DNA from: Minisyncoccota bacterium
GTDB taxonomy: Bacteria > Patescibacteriota > Minisyncoccia > Phycocordibacterales > Phycocordibacteraceae
Reading direction: 5' to 3'
Assembly (NCBI GenBank): GCA_028695415.1
Contig: JAQVIY010000002.1
Coordinates: forward strand, 4,883 to 68,882
DNA length: 64,000 bases
Shown here: positions 28,342 to 39,000 of the stretch, piece after piece
Layout: the number at the start of each line of letters is the position of its first letter
How positions within the stretch are numbered: the first letter of the stretch is position 1
Position numbers and translations under genes: made by a program
Notes under the pieces: generated by a model
What the model was told of the DNA's origin: nothing
Databases searched by the model: none
What the model saw: only the letters and a program-made list of their open reading frames with translations

Positions 28342-28791
28342 ATGTACCTCAACAAAGTATTCCTCTACGGTAATCTTACCCGCGATCCGGAGCTGAAGGC
28401 GCTCCCGAGCGGCGGTCAGGTCGCCAACTTCGGCCTTGCCACCAACCGCTCCTATAAGGACAAGAGCGGTGCGAAGCAGGAGTCGACCGAGTTCCACAAC
28501 ATCGTCGCCTTCGGTCGCACGGCTGAAGTAATCGCGCAATACTGTAAGAAGGGTCGCCCGATATTCGTCGAAGGGCGTATCACCACGCGCTCGTGGGACG
28601 ACAAGGAGACCGGCAAGAAGAATTACCGCACCGAAATCATCGTTGAGAACTTCCAGTTTGGTGCTGATGGCGCTCGCACCGGAGGCGAGACAGGCGGCAG
28701 CTCTGCTTCACGCGAAGAGCAGCCGGCTCCGCAAGGGGGTGAGATACAGTATCCGGATGAGGAGATTAACCCGGAGGACATTCCTTTTTAA
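28342..28791 (+). CDS. ssb: single-stranded DNA-binding protein
   Basis: MYLNKVFLYGNLTRDPELKALPSGGQVANFGLATNRSYKD OB-fold. Acidic tail ending DIPF. Confidence 0.85.
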   Translation: MYLNKVFLYGNLTRDPELKALPSGGQVANFGLATNRSYKDKSGAKQESTEFHNIVAFGRTAEVIAQYCKKGRPIFVEGRITTRSWDDKETGKKNYRTEIIVENFQFGADGARTGGETGGSSASREEQPAPQGGEIQYPDEEINPEDIPF

Positions 28792-28802
28792 TTACAACTA
28801 GT

Positions 28803-29009
28803 ATGGCATACCAAGCAGAACGAGAAGAGATAGAGATAAAGAAGTTCATCGATTATAAAGATGTCGCGTATCTGAAACAGTTCACGAATACGCACGCTAA
28901 GATGCTTGCGAAGAAGCGCACTGGCATCCCGTCAAACAAGCAGCGCGATATTATGCAGGCGGTAAAGCGCGCCCGCTACATGGCGCTCATGCCCTACGTC
29001 GCGGCATAG
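28803..29009 (+). CDS. rpsR: 30S ribosomal protein S18
   Basis: IDYKDVAYLKQFTNTHAKMLAKKRTGIPSNKQRDIMQAVKRARYMALMPYV is a canonical S18. Confidence 0.85.
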   Translation: MAYQAEREEIEIKKFIDYKDVAYLKQFTNTHAKMLAKKRTGIPSNKQRDIMQAVKRARYMALMPYVAA

Positions 29010-29012
29010 ACA

Positions 29013-29057
29013 CCCAAAACAGAAAACCGCCCCGAAGGGCGGTTTTCTGTTTTGGGG
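29013..29057. terminator. long perfect palindrome acting as a bidirectional terminator
   Basis: CCCAAAACAGAAAACCGCCCC-GAA-GGGCGGTTTTCTGTTTTGGG. The core AAAACCGCCCC..GGGGCGGTTTT recurs at 46768-46800 and 46909-46935. Confidence 0.6.
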
Positions 29058-29062
29058 TCGCT

Positions 29063-29238
29063 TTAATTAGGGAGGTTAGGGTGGTCGCGTTCTTCGTCGA
29101 GTTCCGCTTCTTTATCGAGGAAGTCGTCGATATCCGCATCAACAAGCTCTGGCGGCATCGTGTCATCGCGATCGACTTCCGGCGTCACCGGCGCCTCTTC
29201 GGGCATCTCGTGTGGAGTATCGGGGAATCGTTCCGGCA
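29063..29238 (-). CDS. small acidic hypothetical protein (58 aa) downstream of efp
   Basis: ATG 4 nt after the efp stop. Product is Pro/Glu/Asp-rich (MPERFPDTPHEMPEEAPVTPEVDRDD...). Weak call. Confidence 0.3.
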
Positions 29239-29240
29239 TA

Positions 29241-29816
29241 CTAGGCTTTCTCCATCCGCTCCGTGTATTCACCGGTGTCGGTATTGATGCGAACGATATC
29301 ACCTGGGTTGATAAAGAGCGGCACATTCGCTTTGGCACCGGTCGAGAGGGTGGCGAGTTTGGTGCCGCCCGAGACCGTATTGCCTTTGACCGCGGGCGGG
29401 GCTTCCGTCACCTCAAGATCCACCTTCACCGGTATTTTTATTGTCATCGGCTTCTCCTCATAGGTCAGCACCTCAACGACGGTGTTCGGGGAGAGCCACT
29501 GCACTTGATCATGCACCGTATCAGCGGGGAAGGAGAAGCGATTCTTCGGATTGCCCTCTTCGGCGAACCAACTCTCTTTGGCGTTGGTATAGAGGAATAC
29601 CGCGTTCATCCGCTCGGTCTCTGCTTCCTGAACCGTCTCGTTGGAGTGAAAGGAGATTTCAAGCACCTGACCGGTCACGAGATTCCGGAGCTTAGTCTGG
29701 TTGACCGGCTTTCTCTTCTGCATACGGAAGATGTGCGCCGACAATACCTCATACGGGGCATCGTTGTAGTCGATAATGCACTTTGGGAGGATTTCGTTAT
29801 ATGAGAGTACCGCCAT
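29241..29816 (-). CDS. efp: elongation factor P
   Basis: Three-domain EF-P (KPGKGQAF-like KRKPVNQTKLRNLVTG, C-terminal OB domains). Confidence 0.9.
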   Translation of the reverse strand: MAVLSYNEILPKCIIDYNDAPYEVLSAHIFRMQKRKPVNQTKLRNLVTGQVLEISFHSNETVQEAETERMNAVFLYTNAKESWFAEEGNPKNRFSFPADTVHDQVQWLSPNTVVEVLTYEEKPMTIKIPVKVDLEVTEAPPAVKGNTVSGGTKLATLSTGAKANVPLFINPGDIVRINTDTGEYTERMEKA

Positions 29817-29983
29817 AGGTCTGAAACTAACAGTGGATAAAAATCGTTATAAAAAGTACCGCCAAGGGCGGATTAGTGTATGCCCCGTATGACTATACTC
29901 TATTTAGTATGCCGCCATATGAGGACTGTACACAGTAATAACTTAACTACCATGCGCCTTAGCGCAAAATAGTCATACGGGGT

Positions 29984-30577
29984 ATGCTAGCAGACATCAT
30001 GAGTTTATCAACTACCGACCCGAGCCAGCTCACGGATGCTGAGGTATTGGCGCGCTCATGGAAGGAGCCAGAACTTTTTGCCGTCCTCGTCCACCGCTAC
30101 GAAGCGCCTCTTCTGCGCCGTGCAAAGACGATACTCCGAAGCCCCGAGGACGCCGAGGAGGCAGTGCAAGACGCCTTCACTAAGATGTATCTCTACGCGG
30201 ACAAATATAAGCCGCAAGAAGGCGCGAGCTTCTCTTCGTGGATGTACACCATTCTCAATCGCGTCGCCTATACTAAGTACACTGCACGGCGCAAAGAGTG
30301 GGAGAAAACAGCCGAGCTCGAGCCCGAACATTACGAAGCGTTGCCGGACGTGCATGCCGAATTCCTCGAAGATCTCTCGATACGTGATGAAGTCATCAGT
30401 GCGCTCTCGAAGCTGCCCGAGACGGCGTCGAAGATATTGCGGATGCAATTTATAGAAGGGAAGACGCAGGAGGAGATAGCCACCGAAGAGCATCTCTCCA
30501 TACCGGCGGTGAAGACGCGGGTACATCGAGCTAAGAAGCTTTTCAAACAATCGTATGATGAACAACACTATGACTAA
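29984..30577 (+). CDS. RNA polymerase ECF-type sigma-70 factor
   Basis: Region 2 (AEEAVQDAFTKMYLYADKY) and region 4 (ASKILRMQFIEGKTQEEIATEEHLSIPAVKTRVHRAKKLFK). Confidence 0.8.
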   Translation: MLADIMSLSTTDPSQLTDAEVLARSWKEPELFAVLVHRYEAPLLRRAKTILRSPEDAEEAVQDAFTKMYLYADKYKPQEGASFSSWMYTILNRVAYTKYTARRKEWEKTAELEPEHYEALPDVHAEFLEDLSIRDEVISALSKLPETASKILRMQFIEGKTQEEIATEEHLSIPAVKTRVHRAKKLFKQSYDEQHYD

Positions 30578-30899
30578 TTCTCACACCGACATAGAACGCA
30601 TTGTGATGCGTCGCGTGCGTCTCATACGCGTACTAAAACTCATCATCTCGACCGTAGTGTTCGCCATCATGACCGCGGTCGCGGCGCTGTGGGGCATTGG
30701 CAAAAAGGTGTGGGTCGCGCGCGTCTTCGAGAACGCCCCGCCCAATCTCGATGACCTGCCGAGATTCTATCTCGCCGCTTTCACGCACACCAACCTTATT
30801 GTGCAGGCGCTCACGCTCCTCACGCTCCTCTCGCTTGTTTATCTGGCGATTGAGATCGCACGACTTATCACGGATGTCGCGAGGTCGCCTCGCCCTTAG
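30555..30899 (+). CDS. putative membrane anti-sigma factor
   Basis: Overlaps the sigma gene stop. Two TM segments. No conserved domain recognised. Confidence 0.4.
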   Translation: MMNNTMTNSHTDIERIVMRRVRLIRVLKLIISTVVFAIMTAVAALWGIGKKVWVARVFENAPPNLDDLPRFYLAAFTHTNLIVQALTLLTLLSLVYLAIEIARLITDVARSPRP

Positions 30900-31945
30900 C
30901 TCTCTGCGAGCTTCGCTTTTATCTGTTTCAAAAGCTCTTTGGCAATATCTTTATTGGTGTGGAGGAAGGTGCGCGAAGCGTCGTAGCCGACCGCGAGCTT
31001 CTCGCCATTGAACCGGTACGTAGCTCCGGACTTTTCTACGAGCCCGTACTTCTCGCCGAGCGCGAGGAGCTCGCCCTCGCGGCTGATGCCTTCGTTATAG
31101 AGGAGGTCGAACTCAGTCGTCTTGAAAGGCGCGGCGACTTTGTTCTTCACTACCTTCACTCGTACTCTGCCTCCCACGACTTCTTCGCCCTTCTTTATCG
31201 AGGCAATACGGCGGATGTCGAGACGCACTGAGGTATAGAACTTGAGCGCCTTGCCGCCCGGCGTCGTCTCGGGGTTGCCGAACATCACGCCAATCTGCAT
31301 GCGTATCTGATTGATGAAAATAACGATGGTTTTCGAACGTGCGGCGATAGCCGTGAGCTTTCTCAGCGCTTGGCTCATGAGTCGTGCCTGCTTACCGACA
31401 TGCTGCTGGCCCATCTCTCCCTCTATTTCGTCTTTCGGAGTGAGCGCGGCAACCGAATCAACGACGATAATATCTATATTGCCGCTCCGCACGAGCGATT
31501 CGACGATATCAAGCGCCTGTTCGCCCGTATCCGGTTGGGAGATGAGGAGCTCCTGAAGCTTCACGCCGATGCGCCGTGCGTACTCCGGATCAAGCGCATG
31601 TTCGGCATCAACGAATGCGGCAACGCCGCCGGCTTTCTGCGCCTCGGCGATAACGTGAAGCGCAAGGGTCGTCTTACCTGAGGATTCGGGACCGAATATC
31701 TCGATGATACGTCCGCGAGGAACACCGCCAACACCGAGCGCGGCGTCGAGCCCTATGGAGCCGGTCGGTATCACCGGAACCTTTTGCGGTGAACCGGCAC
31801 CGTAGGTCGTGATGGATTCATCGCCGAACTTCGTGCGAATCTCTTTGAGCGCATGTTCGATAGATTTTTGCCGTTCGCTCTTATCTGTACTCGCTACGGA
31901 GACTGTCTTGAGCGTCTTTTCTTTTTTTGGTTTACCGAAAGCCAT
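30896..31945 (-). CDS. recA: recombinase RecA
   Basis: Walker [11 protein letters not shown]1/L2 loops, [14 protein letters not shown]. 349 aa. Confidence 0.95.
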   Translation of the reverse strand: MAFGKPKKEKTLKTVSVASTDKSERQKSIEHALKEIRTKFGDESITTYGAGSPQKVPVIPTGSIGLDAALGVGGVPRGRIIEIFGPESSGKTTLALHVIAEAQKAGGVAAFVDAEHALDPEYARRIGVKLQELLISQPDTGEQALDIVESLVRSGNIDIIVVDSVAALTPKDEIEGEMGQQHVGKQARLMSQALRKLTAIAARSKTIVIFINQIRMQIGVMFGNPETTPGGKALKFYTSVRLDIRRIASIKKGEEVVGGRVRVKVVKNKVAAPFKTTEFDLLYNEGISREGELLALGEKYGLVEKSGATYRFNGEKLAVGYDASRTFLHTNKDIAKELLKQIKAKLAES

Positions 31946-31954
31946 AATAAATGA

Positions 31955-32040
31955 GTTCGTTAGGCGCTAGGCTCTAGGCGTTAGCTGATTTGAATAATAG
32001 CATTTTTACTAGATGCTAGTGCCTAAAGCCTATGAGCTAG
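31955..32040. repeat. CTAG-rich intergenic repeat block (copy 1)
   Basis: TTAGGCGCTAGGCTCTAGGCGTTAGC and GCCTAAAGCCTAT. Related blocks at 35505-35600 and 51105-51140. Confidence 0.5.
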
Positions 32041-32041
32041 T

Positions 32042-32365
32042 TCAGGGGACGAAGATGGAACGAGTCGCGGTTACCGTTCTGCCGAAGCGGTCAGCGGCTA
32101 CAAAGGTAAGTATAGAGCCTCCGCGCGGAAAGGTAAGAGTTGACGAGAAGTTACCCTCGGGGTCATGGAGAAGGGGGGCGCCGTTCAATGAGAGCTGTGC
32201 GGCGCGTGCGGCTTGCCCGCGGACACTCACAATGCCATTCGGATACGGGGCGTCCTGTCGCGGAGAAGCGATGAAGAGGGAAGGGCCGGACAATAGAGGC
32301 CACGCCTCAATGAGACCGTATATGAAAATGAGGGAGAGTACGAAGACGATGAAATGCCGGGTCAT
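32042..32365 (-). CDS. hypothetical secreted protein
   Basis: 107 aa. N-terminal signal/TM helix (MTRHFIVFVLSLIFIYGLIEA). Confidence 0.4.
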   Translation of the reverse strand: MTRHFIVFVLSLIFIYGLIEAWPLLSGPSLFIASPRQDAPYPNGIVSVRGQAARAAQLSLNGAPLLHDPEGNFSSTLTFPRGGSILTFVAADRFGRTVTATRSIFVP

Positions 32366-32370
32366 GCGGA

Positions 32371-34623
32371 TCAGAACGAATCATCCCCGCTCTCTTCAGT
32401 AGGGGCGTTTGAGGTGCTGCGCGAGAGTATCTCGCGCGGCTTACTGCCGTCTGCCGCACCGATAACACCATGCTCCTCAAGGACGTCCATCAGCCGTGCG
32501 GCGCGCGAGTAGCCTATCTTGAGCTTGCGCTGCAGGTAGCTGGTGGAGGCGCGTCCGGCCTCCTCGACCGCTTGCTTAGCGTCTTCATAGAGATCATCGT
32601 CAATGTCATCATCAAAACCTCCATTCACGAGTCCGATAACGTCATTCGGCTCCATGTTTTGAACGCCCGTCGTCCCGTTACCGCCGAGGTCGATAGAGGA
32701 AAGATCTCCCGCATTATGACTCTTGATGTAGCTGACGACTTTCTTCACTTCAGCTTCGCTTATGAACGCCGTCTGGATACGCACGGGCTTCTGCATATCG
32801 CTTGAGAGATAGAGCATGTCGCCAGCGCCAAGCAGGGTCTCCGCACCTGAACCGTCGAGGATAGTACGCGAGTCTATCTGCGAGGCGACCTGGAGCGCCA
32901 TACGGGTTGGCACGTTCGCCTTGATGAGGCCGGTGATGACGTTGACTGATGGGCGCTGGGTAGAGAGAACGAGGTGGATACCGACAGCGCGGGACATCTG
33001 CGCGAGGCGGACGATGGAGCTCTCGAGCTCGCGCGGGTACGTGTGCATAATATCAGCGAGCTCATCGATCATAATGACAATGTAGGGAAGGGCCTCGGGC
33101 ATATTCTCCTTACCGGCTTTCTTGGCCGGTTCGTACACATTTGAATGATACGAAGCTATATCGCGCACGTGCTCGGTCTCGAGGATATTGTAACGGCGAT
33201 CCATCTCCTTTGCCGCCCACTTGAGAGACATGATGGTCTTCTTCGGATCGGTGATGACTGGTGTGAGGAGGTGCGGTATGCCGTTGTACGCGGTGAGCTC
33301 GACGCGCTTCGGGTCGATCATGATGAAGCGCAGCTGGTTCGGGCCATTACGATAGAGAAGGGAGGTGATGAGCGCATGAATAGCAACCGACTTACCTGAG
33401 CCGGTGGCGCCCGCGACGAGCGCGTGCGGCATCTTCGCGATATTCACGTAATGCGGGGTACCGGTGATGTCGCGGCCGAGCGCAGCGAGAAGCGGCTTCG
33501 TGCTTTCGGTCCACTCAGGCGCGCTCATAAGGCCGCCAAGCCCGACCATCGCTTTGGTAGTATTCGGCACCTCGATACCGACAAGCGATTTGCCCGGTAT
33601 CGGCGCCTCGATGCGTACCGGGTGTGCAGCAAGCGCGAGCTCAAGATTGTTCGCCAGCGAGACTATCTTAGAGAGGCGGACACCTTCGGCAGGCTTCACT
33701 GCGTAGCGCGTGACGGTCGGCCCGACCGACACCTCGTCCATCTCTAGATTGATGCCAAAGTTTTGGAATGTGCGTTTGATAATATTCGCATTCGCCTTGA
33801 TATCACCGACCCCCGGCTTACCCTTATCGGCGCCGAGTATCGAGAGCGGGGGAGCCTCATATTCGGCGTCGAAGTTCGATATGCCCGAGCCCGAATGCGC
33901 TTCTCCGCGATTGAACACGGTCACGACCGGTTCGTGCTCGGGAGGAGTTTCTTCCTCCTCCTCGGGCTCTTCTTCGTATTCAGGTACGCCAACAACGTCA
34001 TCAAACTCTTCAGAAAGCCCTTCCTCATCCTCTTCTTCCTCCCGTGGGTGGCGCATGCGCCCCCATATAGAAAGAACGTTCTCGGTCATGAGAGCCACGA
34101 GCATCTCAATATCGGTTGCAACAGCGACACCGATCGAGAGCGCCGCGATGAGGAGTACGAAGGCACCCCAGAAACCAAAGAATCCTGATACCGCCCCGCC
34201 GATCCACGAGCCCGCGGCTCCGCCGAACGTCGCGCCAGGGAAGAGTCCTGCGAAGGCTAGTACCGACGCGGCAATAAGAATAAGGCCTGAGGCAGTGAGC
34301 GGAGCAATAGAGGGGCGGCCGAAGCCAGCATAGAGACCTACCGAGATAAGAGCGATAGGCAAGAGGAACGCACCGATGCCGACTATCGCATAGGAGAAAG
34401 AAAAGACAGCGCCTCCAGCCGGACCCGCAGCGCCGAAGACCGCGAGACCAAGGAGTACGCCCGCAGCGAGGAGGACGATAGCAGAGGCGTAGCGGATAAG
34501 CGCATCGTATTCTTTTACCTCCTCCTCGCGCGCGCGCCGGCGTCCCTTACCGTTGCCGTTCTTGCCGTCTTTGCGAGCCATGATGCGTCTATTGTACCAT
34601 TGAGGACGCCTGCCCCGTATCAA
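32371..34623 (-). CDS. ftsK: DNA translocase FtsK/SpoIIIE
   Basis: N-terminal TM helices, acidic linker, motor domain with Walker A (VAGATGSGKS), C-terminal gamma wHTH domain. Confidence 0.9.
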   Translation of the reverse strand: MIRGRRPQWYNRRIMARKDGKNGNGKGRRRAREEEVKEYDALIRYASAIVLLAAGVLLGLAVFGAAGPAGGAVFSFSYAIVGIGAFLLPIALISVGLYAGFGRPSIAPLTASGLILIAASVLAFAGLFPGATFGGAAGSWIGGAVSGFFGFWGAFVLLIAALSIGVAVATDIEMLVALMTENVLSIWGRMRHPREEEEDEEGLSEEFDDVVGVPEYEEEPEEEEETPPEHEPVVTVFNRGEAHSGSGISNFDAEYEAPPLSILGADKGKPGVGDIKANANIIKRTFQNFGINLEMDEVSVGPTVTRYAVKPAEGVRLSKIVSLANNLELALAAHPVRIEAPIPGKSLVGIEVPNTTKAMVGLGGLMSAPEWTESTKPLLAALGRDITGTPHYVNIAKMPHALVAGATGSGKSVAIHALITSLLYRNGPNQLRFIMIDPKRVELTAYNGIPHLLTPVITDPKKTIMSLKWAAKEMDRRYNILETEHVRDIASYHSNVYEPAKKAGKENMPEALPYIVIMIDELADIMHTYPRELESSIVRLAQMSRAVGIHLVLSTQRPSVNVITGLIKANVPTRMALQVASQIDSRTILDGSGAETLLGAGDMLYLSSDMQKPVRIQTAFISEAEVKKVVSYIKSHNAGDLSSIDLGGNGTTGVQNMEPNDVIGLVNGGFDDDIDDDLYEDAKQAVEEAGRASTSYLQRKLKIGYSRAARLMDVLEEHGVIGAADGSKPREILSRSTSNAPTEESGDDSF

Positions 34624-34682
34624 CTCAACTCACATTATGTTTTGTGCATCTCATATCGTGATCGACATTAGTTGCAAGGGAG

Positions 34683-35510
34683 TTGATGCGGGGTATACTG
34701 TCCGATATAACTATGAGACACGGACAATCATATATAGGACAGAGCACTGAAATCCGTAAAATAAAGCCAGACGGGAAACATGCTCGACCGGAAGATTTTG
34801 TCCTAGAAAAAAGCATATTTGCTAACATATTTGAAAAGGACATTCGAAGAGTTTACATATACAAGAAGGCTGAACGCCTTGCCAAAGCTATCCACCTCAT
34901 CGCGCCGGCCTTCGTTGAATCGGTGTCATTGAAGAACCGGATAGACGCTATTGCCGTCGGTCTTATAGACGCGGCGATATTGCCGCCGGGCACCTCTCGT
35001 ACGGCGCTTTCACGCGAGCTCCTGGCGCTCTCAAGTGCGCTTTCTATTGCGCGCACAAGCGGCGTTCTCTCCGCGATGAACGCCGAGCTCATCGTTCGCG
35101 AAGCTCATATGTTGCTTCACGAAGTCGCCGCGTACGAAGAGCCGCGCTTGTCTTTCGACGAGACGCCGACCCTCTCTTCGCTCGCTAAAGATACGTTCTC
35201 GCGAGAAACCCCGAACGAGTATCGCGAGGCGCCGATAAAGCGCGCCGCTGTGCACCCTGCGGGCAAAGAAAGTCATAAAGGACATGTAAAGGACATACCG
35301 CACGCACCGAACAGCTCTGTAAAGGACAGACGCGACGCTATTTTGTCCGTTATAAAAAATAAAGGCACGGCAAGCATAAAAGACATATCGACCCTCGTGC
35401 GAGGCGTCTCGGAGAAGACCATTCAGCGCGAGCTCGCAGCGCTTATAGGCTCGGGAGAGGTTTTGAAGCAGGGAGAGCGCCGCTGGAGCACCTACTCATT
35501 AGCTGGTTAG
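34683..35510 (+). CDS. hypothetical protein with C-terminal DeoR-like winged HTH
   Basis: C-terminus ILSVIKNKGTASIKDISTLVRGVSEKTIQRELAALIGSGEVLK is wHTH-like. N-terminal 200 aa unknown. Confidence 0.4.
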   Translation: MMRGILSDITMRHGQSYIGQSTEIRKIKPDGKHARPEDFVLEKSIFANIFEKDIRRVYIYKKAERLAKAIHLIAPAFVESVSLKNRIDAIAVGLIDAAILPPGTSRTALSRELLALSSALSIARTSGVLSAMNAELIVREAHMLLHEVAAYEEPRLSFDETPTLSSLAKDTFSRETPNEYREAPIKRAAVHPAGKESHKGHVKDIPHAPNSSVKDRRDAILSVIKNKGTASIKDISTLVRGVSEKTIQRELAALIGSGEVLKQGERRWSTYSLAG

Positions 35511-35600
35511 GCTCTAGGCGCTAGGCTCTAGCTAACCATTAAACCCTAACGCCAAGCGCCTAAAGCCTAGCGTCTAGCGCCTAGGTATGCTAGTATCGAC
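35505..35600. repeat. CTAG-rich intergenic repeat block (copy 2)
   Basis: TTAGGCTCTAGGCGCTAGGCTCTAGC and GCCTAAAGCCTAGCGTCTAGCGCCTAGG. Confidence 0.5.
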
Positions 35601-35781
35601 TCGTGGTAGCGACTAGGGCAGAGAAGTAAAAAAAGACCGGGAATCGGTCTCTTTTGCGTTTCTGTCATACGCCAGTTATCCACATACCACACTGTAGGGG
35701 CTGTATATATAGATATATACTAATCCCTAGTCCTTCCGGGGATTTTTGTTCCCGAAGGGGCGTACTTTGATAACTGAATAG

Positions 35782-35884
35782 TCCAGCCCCAGTTTTGTAA
35801 CGGGACTCCATGTGTATATATGGAACTCGCTTAATGAAGCTGGGGAATTGCTTGTGGCGATCGCGCTACAAAACTGGGGCTGGA
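35782..35884. repeat. 18-bp perfect inverted repeats flanking about 67 nt (MITE-like or structured element) upstream of the large surface protein gene
   Basis: TCCAGCCCCAGTTTTGTA (35782-35799) and TACAAAACTGGGGCTGGA (35867-35884). A related hairpin occurs inside 23S intron 2 at 50711-50749. Confidence 0.5.
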
Positions 35885-36028
35885 CATCAACCCTTGCCAA
35901 CTAACCCATGGCGCACTGGTCGATACCGTGCGCTGTGGGGTAGTGTGAAATTGAAAGTGCTCAAGCGTGCTCTCAATGTGCAACTCTTACTTGATTATCA
36001 CGTGCGACTAAAATCATTAATAATCGTT

Positions 36029-39000
36029 ATGAAAACGGTAACTACAAAGGCGATCGCGAAGGTCGCAGCAGTGGCGACCGGACTCGCGATGGCAACATCG
36101 ATGCTCTCTCTCGCGCCTATGGCGCATGCAGCGAGCCTCACTGCCTCGCAGGTCTCGTCGATTCTCTCGCTCCTCTCTTCGTTCGGTGCAGGTGCTGATA
36201 CGATCGCAAACGTCAACGCAGCGCTCACGGGTGCTCCGGTGACGACCACTACCACCACGACGACCGGCTCGTCTTACACCTTTACGCGCGACCTCACGGT
36301 CGGCTCGAAGGGTGCAGACGTGACGGCGCTCCAGAATGCTCTTATTGCTAAGGGCTTCAGCATTGCAGCAGGCGCAACGGGCTACTTCGGTGCCCAGACG
36401 GTCGCTGCAGTGAAGGCGTGGCAGGTGTCAGCAGGCGTCACGCCGGCTGCCGGCTACTTCGGTCCTAAGTCTCGCGCAGCCTTCGGTGGCGGCGTCTCGA
36501 CTGGCGGTACGACTACTACCACGACTGGCGGTACGGTGACTGCCGGCACGGGCAATGGCCTCAAGGTCATGCTCGCAGCTGACTCTCCGAACAACGTCGC
36601 GCTCGTCGCAGGTCAAGCTATCGGCGCAATTGCGAAGTTCACCTTCGCGAACCCGACTTCAGCTGAAATCAAGGTCACAAACCTTGGTCTCAAGCGTACG
36701 GGTATCAGCAATGATGCGACGATCTCAAATGTCTACCTCTACAATGGGGCAACTCGCCTCACTGATGCAGGCGGCGTTTCAAGCGGCGCATTCAGCTTCA
36801 ACGATCCGACCGGTCTCTTCACAGTGCCGGCAGGTCAGACCGTCTCGATCTCTGTTCTTGCAGATATCGCTACGGGCACCTCGGGTCAGCAGGTTGGCGC
36901 GCAGCTCGTCTCGGTCACTTCGACCGGCACGCTCGATTCCTCTGTAGCGTTCCCGATCAACGGGTACACACAGACAGTCTCGTCGGCTACGCTCGCAACG
37001 GTTGACTACGGTGCTACTACGCTTCCGGCAGAGAACACTGCTTTGACCCCGGCAAATGATGTCACGGTCTGGCAGAACACAGTAACTATCGGAACGCGCG
37101 CAGTGACGCTCAAGTCATTCCAGCTTCAGAACATCGGTTCTGTAGCGGCGACAGATGTCAACAATCTTCGCCTCTATGTGGACGGTGTCCAGACTGGCAG
37201 TGCAGCATCAATCAACGCAAACAACATCGTTACCTGGGATCTCTCCGCAGCCCCGCTTCGTCTTGAGACGGGCGGCCGCGTGATCAAGGTCGTCGGTGAT
37301 GTTGTCGGCGGTTCAAGCCTCACATTCAAGCTTGACCTCCGTCGCGCGTCTGATGCACAGATGGTCGACACTGACCTTAATCAGCCGGTGCTCGCGACAG
37401 CGGCCGGTTCCGCGTTCTCTGCTCGCCACGGTGGCGTACAGACGGTCGCTTCAGGAACCGTATCGGTTGTAAAGGCAGCGAACTCGCCTTCAGCGAACGT
37501 CTCCCTTGGTGCGTCGAACGTCAAATGGGCTAGCTACGAGATGCGTGCAGCCGGTGAAGATGTGAAGATTGATAACCTCGATGTTATGGCCATGACCTCA
37601 AATGATCATGGTCTCGACAATGGTAAGATCTTCCTCAACGGCGTACAGGTTGGTTCTACCAAGGACCTTACTGACAGCAACGGCTCAACTGGTGCGGTGA
37701 ACTTCACCTTCGGCTCGTCCTTCATCTTGAAGGCGGGTGCGACGGCTATCGTCGATGTCTACGCTGACGCGAAGACCTCGACCGGTGCCGCGTACACGAG
37801 CGGTGAGACTGCCCAGATCCGCCTCTTCTACACCGCAAGCTCTGCGAACGGTACAGGTCAGGTGTCACTCTCGAGCATCGATGTCCCGGGTTCGAATGTC
37901 GATGGCAACGCCATCACACTCTCGTCCTCGACAGTTACGATGACGAAGTACTCGGGCTATGGCAATCAGACCATGATTGCCGGCACGAGCGGTGCACGCC
38001 TCGGTTCCTTCGTTCTCTCCACCGGTTCTACCGAGGGAGTGAATGTGAACACGATCGCGGTGACGCTCTCGGCTAATGAGGCCGCAACTGTTACGGACCT
38101 CAAGCTCGTCGATAACGCAACGGGTGCACAGATTGGTACGGTGAAGCCGACCCCGGCTTCTGGTGCATCTGGCAACTCGTTCTCGGTGAACCTCAACATT
38201 TCGGCTTCCGGGACGAAGGTCATCGATGTTATCGGCAGCATCAAGTCCAGCAGCAATGTCGGTCCGTGGATTGCCGCGGTTGATGGCTCGGGCACCGGTA
38301 TTTCGACCGGTTCCTCAGTCACCTTCGGCGATTCGACCTCCGGCACGCTCCAGACGATTACTGTCAGCACTGCCGATCTTACCGCAGCAGTCGGCGTATC
38401 GCCGAACAATGCGAATGTGATTGCAGGCGCATCGATGGTGAAGGTCGGCTCGTTCGACTTCACTTCGCGATACTCGTACTGGAACGTGGATAAGATCCGC
38501 GTGACGGTTCCGAGCAATGCCGCAACCTCGGTTGCTTCAGTTGTTCTCGCGTACCCTGATGTCTCTGGCAACACGGTACAGTCGACGGCAGTCCTCGCAT
38601 CCCCTGCTTCTACGGAGGTAAATGCGACGGCTACCTTCACCGGACTCACCTTCTACATCCCGGCAAACACGACGAAGAAGCTTGACGTATACGTCAACCT
38701 CGCTTCGATCCAGAATGACGGTGATACAGGAAAGTCGATCACGGTAACGCTCGACAGCACTGGCGGCTTCAACAAGACCGACTCTGCTGGCACAGTGAAC
38801 ACGACCTTGAATGCAAGCGACCTTGCGTCGAATGCAACGAGCGGAAAGGGTACGATGTACGTAAGGAAGTCGCTCCCGACCATCTCGGCAGTCGCGCTCG
38901 ATTCCACGACGCTTAGCGCAGGAACGAACAAGACCATCGCTCGCTTCAAGGTTACTGCAGATGCAGCTGGCGATATCGCCTGGGCAAAGGTTGCCTTCAA

